A DNA stretch of 64,000 bases. Source: Nemertoderma westbladi (lineage: Eukaryota > Animalia > Xenacoelomorpha). Location of the stretch: assembly GCA_032718475.1 (NCBI GenBank), contig JAUCBJ010006899.1:21808-85807 (forward strand), read 5' to 3'. A program made the translations under genes and the position numbers. This document shows positions 60,240-64,000 of the stretch, one piece after another. The notes under the pieces were generated by a model that saw nothing but the letters and a program-made list of their open reading frames with translations, did no database searches and was not told where the DNA came from. The stretch's first letter is position 1. Each line of letters starts with the position of its first letter.

Positions 60240-62789
60240 ATGGCGAGTAAGTTGATCAGAAAGAGAAAGGCGGAGTCAGGAGGAAAGGAGATACTGGTGG
60301 ATTTCACCGAGAGACATCCGGAAGAGAAGACGAGAGGATACTACGAGAGGTTGGAAAGGGGTCACGCGGCACGAGCGCTGCAGGATCACTTCCGGGAGGC
60401 GCACGAACAGCGGCTGGTCGGGACCTACGGGACCCCCTCGCTAGACAACGCGATCTTCCAACACTTCCACTACGTAGTGAAAGGGGACGAGGCGAAATTC
60501 GGGATTCCGAAATACCCGAGGGAATCACCGAGGAAGGACTGGAAAAGATTCATAGAGTCCGTCAACAGAGGAGGATATATGATCCTAGATGACGAGGGAA
60601 CCGTGGAAGACGAAGCGGGTTCGAGACGAGGAACGGCAGGGTCGGCCAGGACCATACTCCTACATTTGGCTGCGCCAAATGGGGACATCTTCTTATTCGA
60701 TCTAGGAACGTATGGGAAGAAGGACGGGCCGAAATTAGACCGATTACCGAAAGCGGTACAAGTCTTAGTAAGAGAGAAGTCGACGACGAAAGTGGGATCG
60801 GCGATTCGCGAGGACGCGGAGAGGATCATCGGTCCGGACGCCACCAACCTCCTGGATATGCAGAAAGTCTTTATGGCTATGACGGCACCGGATGGATTGG
60901 GGGTAGTCGGAAACACAGGCCAATGCGGGGCGGTGGCAATGGGCCAATTATTGGGGCTCGTATGCCACAAACCGATGGACTGGGGAAAGTTTAGGGAAGA
61001 ATACGGGGCAGAACTAGCGAACTCGCTAAAGTGGGGAGCGAGACCAGGAAAGCAGGAGGTATATCAATTCCGCAGAGGAGCGATAAAGGTATATCAGAAG
61101 CGATATATCCTGCAGGAAGACTGGATCATGATAAGTTTGCTTAACTTATTTATGACCGTGGTTATCGAGAGGGAACCAGGGGCATTTCTGTTATCGGGAT
61201 CACCCCTAAGCTACAGGAGAGCCTTTAAAGTGGCCTTCGACGGTCTGGTAGACCACCCGGGGCTGAAGGGCGAGTCGGTATACTATAACAGCCGGCATCT
61301 GGTAGACGGGGAGACAGATACACCGTATCAGAGATGGGAGCAGCTAGAAGCGGATAGACGAGAAGCAAAGCGACTGGAAGAAGTCGCCAGACGGGAGAGG
61401 ATAGAAGCAGAGGAGAGGGAAGAGGAGGCCAGGACACAGAGTTACGGCTTCGAGGAACAGGCAGGCCTAGATGAACTTCATTGCACTTCATCAGGGAGTT
61501 CGGGGGAGTCTCTAGGGCGAGAATTGGGATGGACGGTGGGATCACCGAAACAGTCGACGTCAGGGTTGCAAACGATGCCCATACCAGCGGGCGCCGAGGG
61601 CGACCAACTGCCAAGGAAGTTAAGGGAGCTAGAGGGATGGAGAGCTACGGGCGAGAGCCAAGGCGGGAAGGGACATAGTGGATCCATCGGGATACCGGGG
61701 TTGGAAACACTACCAGAAGAGGAGGACGACGGCGACGAGTTCGGAGAGATGCCGCCCATCGAGAGGATAGGCCACTCGGACACGGACTGGGTTGGCGGAA
61801 GGGTGGTGACGGCCAGTGGGGCGAGGGCCTTCTGGAACAGATCCGGCAAGCGGACCTGGGTGCACGAGGAGCCGGCGATGGATTTCGCGGGGAGCACCAT
61901 CAGGTTGGGCGAACAACCGGGGACGGCACCACGGATAGTATTCGGGGAGACGATGCCCGAGAGGGGCGGAGAGATCGATGTAGATAGAGAGGCCAACGTA
62001 GAGAAGTTCGCCTACCAGCGACTCCACAGACCGCGGAGATCGCTTGGGACGAAGGACGAGGTGGGACGGGAGACATTGGTACTCGGCTGCGACTATTGTG
62101 GGAGACAGACCCACCAAGAAAAGAATTGCCTTTACCGGTTCCAAAAGGGAACTTTTTGTCTCTACTGCCGAGAACAAAGCCACAGGATGGGGGCGTGCCC
62201 ATGGTTGCATAATCGATGTACAAAGTGCCACTTTCGGGGACACTACGGACGCGAGTGCGACTGGATGAACGACGAGGAGAAATTCACAAGGTTCGAGGAG
62301 TGGGCCGACGTCGGGGCTATGACGCGCCAGCGCATGAAGGCCCAGGAGTTTAAGTGGGGTTTCTTCCTTATCAATCAGGAGACTCACATGGAAATCATAA
62401 AGCGGAGGCTACCGTTTACCTACCAAGAGGTAGCAACGGCGGCGTCGTACGCTGGAGTGATGAACACGCAAAGGTATCTGGACAGGTGGACGCCAGACAA
62501 CCGAAGGGAGTTTAGGGATTTCTTGGCGGAGCACGTACCAAAGGCAATGAAAATGATCCTATGGGACGCCACCAGAGGGAGACAACCGGGCCACTCTGAG
62601 GGGCCACCGGCGAAGCGATATCGGGCACTAATAACACCAGCGCCCAAGGAGCCAACGACCGGGATCAGCAGGGAGGTGGCGGCGAAGGTCCGAAAACAGA
62701 AGGCGGATAATGCCAGAGGAACGGTGATAACCAAGAAACGACCCAGGGAAGAGGACGCCAGGGGGAACTACCCCCGGAGGAACAGATAG
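60240..62789 (+). CDS. Element 2 accessory ORF3: DEDDy-like 3'-5' exonuclease + acidic linker + triple CCHC knuckle + basic tail
   Basis: Intact 849 aa; ExoI ILDDEG, LLHLAAPNGDIFLFDL, LPKAVQVLV..KVGSAIREDA (ExoII), LLDMQ, QKRYILQED (ExoIII); CDYCGRQTHQEKNC, CLYCREQSHRMGAC, CTKCHFRGHYGREC. Confidence 0.85.
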   Translation: MASKLIRKRKAESGGKEILVDFTERHPEEKTRGYYERLERGHAARALQDHFREAHEQRLVGTYGTPSLDNAIFQHFHYVVKGDEAKFGIPKYPRESPRKDWKRFIESVNRGGYMILDDEGTVEDEAGSRRGTAGSARTILLHLAAPNGDIFLFDLGTYGKKDGPKLDRLPKAVQVLVREKSTTKVGSAIREDAERIIGPDATNLLDMQKVFMAMTAPDGLGVVGNTGQCGAVAMGQLLGLVCHKPMDWGKFREEYGAELANSLKWGARPGKQEVYQFRRGAIKVYQKRYILQEDWIMISLLNLFMTVVIEREPGAFLLSGSPLSYRRAFKVAFDGLVDHPGLKGESVYYNSRHLVDGETDTPYQRWEQLEADRREAKRLEEVARRERIEAEEREEEARTQSYGFEEQAGLDELHCTSSGSSGESLGRELGWTVGSPKQSTSGLQTMPIPAGAEGDQLPRKLRELEGWRATGESQGGKGHSGSIGIPGLETLPEEEDDGDEFGEMPPIERIGHSDTDWVGGRVVTASGARAFWNRSGKRTWVHEEPAMDFAGSTIRLGEQPGTAPRIVFGETMPERGGEIDVDREANVEKFAYQRLHRPRRSLGTKDEVGRETLVLGCDYCGRQTHQEKNCLYRFQKGTFCLYCREQSHRMGACPWLHNRCTKCHFRGHYGRECDWMNDEEKFTRFEEWADVGAMTRQRMKAQEFKWGFFLINQETHMEIIKRRLPFTYQEVATAASYAGVMNTQRYLDRWTPDNRREFRDFLAEHVPKAMKMILWDATRGRQPGHSEGPPAKRYRALITPAPKEPTTGISREVAAKVRKQKADNARGTVITKKRPREEDARGNYPRRNR

Positions 62790-63491
62790 GTTCCCGGAGT
62801 CGAGGGAGAGAGACTGGGACTTGGACGTGGTACGCCTGGAAGGCGCCGCGTGGGACGTACAAACTATTAAGTACAAATCTAATTAATGCAAATAATCATA
62901 TAAGTGCAATTTGTATGTACGTACGTAGTAATTAGTAATCTAGAAATATATACGTTCGGAGTAAGTACTATAGTCATACAACCTTTCTCAATTAGCTACT
63001 GGGACTGGGGGATAACTGACTATGGGACTATGGACGAGACACCAGACAATTCCACACTTCTTGAGTGCGACGGCACAAGAGGGGGGGGGGAGATTTGTCA
63101 GAAGGGATGGGACAGTCAGAGTGAGGTTGAGGGACGGAGTAATAGTGCGGAGTGCGGAGAGTGTGCGGACGCAATTCTAGCGTGAGGGGGGGAGAATAAG
63201 AGGTTGAGTGAGGGACGAGGAGGCCCAAGTGTATGAGAGAGTTAGAGTGAGAGTGAAGAGGAGATGGGGCGGAAGTGTTGGGGAAACAAAAGTTGCGTGA
63301 GAGGTGAGCGCGATCGGCCCGACATGAGACGCCAGGCACACAGGGTAGCGTTATCATACCCATAGGGGGCGGTCTGGAAAGCCGGCTCCAAGAGAAAAGA
63401 ATTCCACCCCACACCCGATACTAGATCGGGATCCAGCGGGATTGTAGCGCACTTTTTGGTTGATGCTATCTTCTTACCGGGAAGATAGCAT

Positions 63492-63500
63492 GGGGGGGAG
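63492..63500 (+). other. Polypurine tract of element 2
   Basis: GGGGGGGAG directly abutting the 3' LTR TG. Confidence 0.85.
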
Positions 63501-64000
63501 TGTTAGCTTATTCAATCCCGCTAACACCCCATAAAGTTATAAGCCGATAAGCAATATTGGGAGCCACGAGATTGGGCAATTAACCAACTCGTGCCATCCC
63601 AATAAGAGTGGGAAGGAAGCACACAATAAAGGGTCAGGGGCCAAACCCCTAACCCAGAGAGTACAGGTGGAGTGAACGGGAACACTCCACGGGGCGCCAA
63701 CAAGGGTATCAACCAATCAGAGGGGGGCAAGGCATCGATTGAGTAGAGCAATAAGGCCACCGTGCAATATAACCAGTAACACAATGTCAGTAATTCAGTT
63801 ATCTCAGTGCAGTGTAGGTTAGTTAGTTTAGATAGGGGAGCACGGGACTTTAGTTACCGTATCCCGCCTTCCGTATAATATACTACAGTCATCATATCTA
63901 TATCTTATACCTATCAATTATTATACACCGAATATCAGAACTCATTCACTATTTCCGTTTACTCTTTATACACGGCGGGGACGCGTAAACTAAACACCGG
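63501..64000 (+). repeat. 3' LTR of element 2 (truncated by window end)
   Basis: Direct repeat of 49992-50490. Confidence 0.95.

Larger units (their letters stand above)
49992..64000 (+). mobile_element. BEL/Pao LTR retrotransposon (element 2, >=14 kb) with accessory exonuclease-knuckle ORF3; 3' LTR runs off the window
   Basis: Direct repeats starting TGTTAGC at 49992 and 63501; polypurine tract (PPT) GGGGGGGAG 63492-63500; gag-PR-RT-RH-IN. Confidence 0.95.

Noticed and set aside
60240-62789. ORF3 as an envelope (env) gene
   Set aside because: No signal peptide or transmembrane anchor is evident; the motifs are exonuclease and zinc knuckles. The same applies to 3234-6941

Overview
AT-rich eukaryotic (animal-like) genomic DNA made up almost entirely of transposable elements, with one clear host gene, an intronless tetraspanin (35818-36834). 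Two large, divergent BEL/Pao LTR retrotransposons dominate. Element 1 (581-19564, minus) has 2164-bp near-identical LTRs and a TCATG target-site duplication (TSD). Element 2 (49992->64000, plus) is inserted into an RTE LINE. Both share two unusual traits. (1) At the env position they carry a homologous accessory protein: a DEDDy-like 3'-5' exonuclease with an ExoIII YxxxE variant, plus three CCHC knuckles. (2) Neither shows a TGG tRNA primer-binding site (PBS); instead the bases just after the 5' LTR have an exact 9-nt complement inside the element's own LTR, a self-priming geometry (element 2's LTR end is inferred). Together these suggest a BEL/Pao lineage with tRNA-independent, possibly exonuclease-assisted, priming; this is inference from sequence only. 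The rest comprises a PIF/Harbinger element with a nested CR1 LINE, piggyBac-like and Harbinger-like MITEs, a Penelope remnant, a tRNA-derived SINE, a 3.16-kb tandem duplication and a perfect 40-bp hairpin. All calls were made by eye, without database searches.
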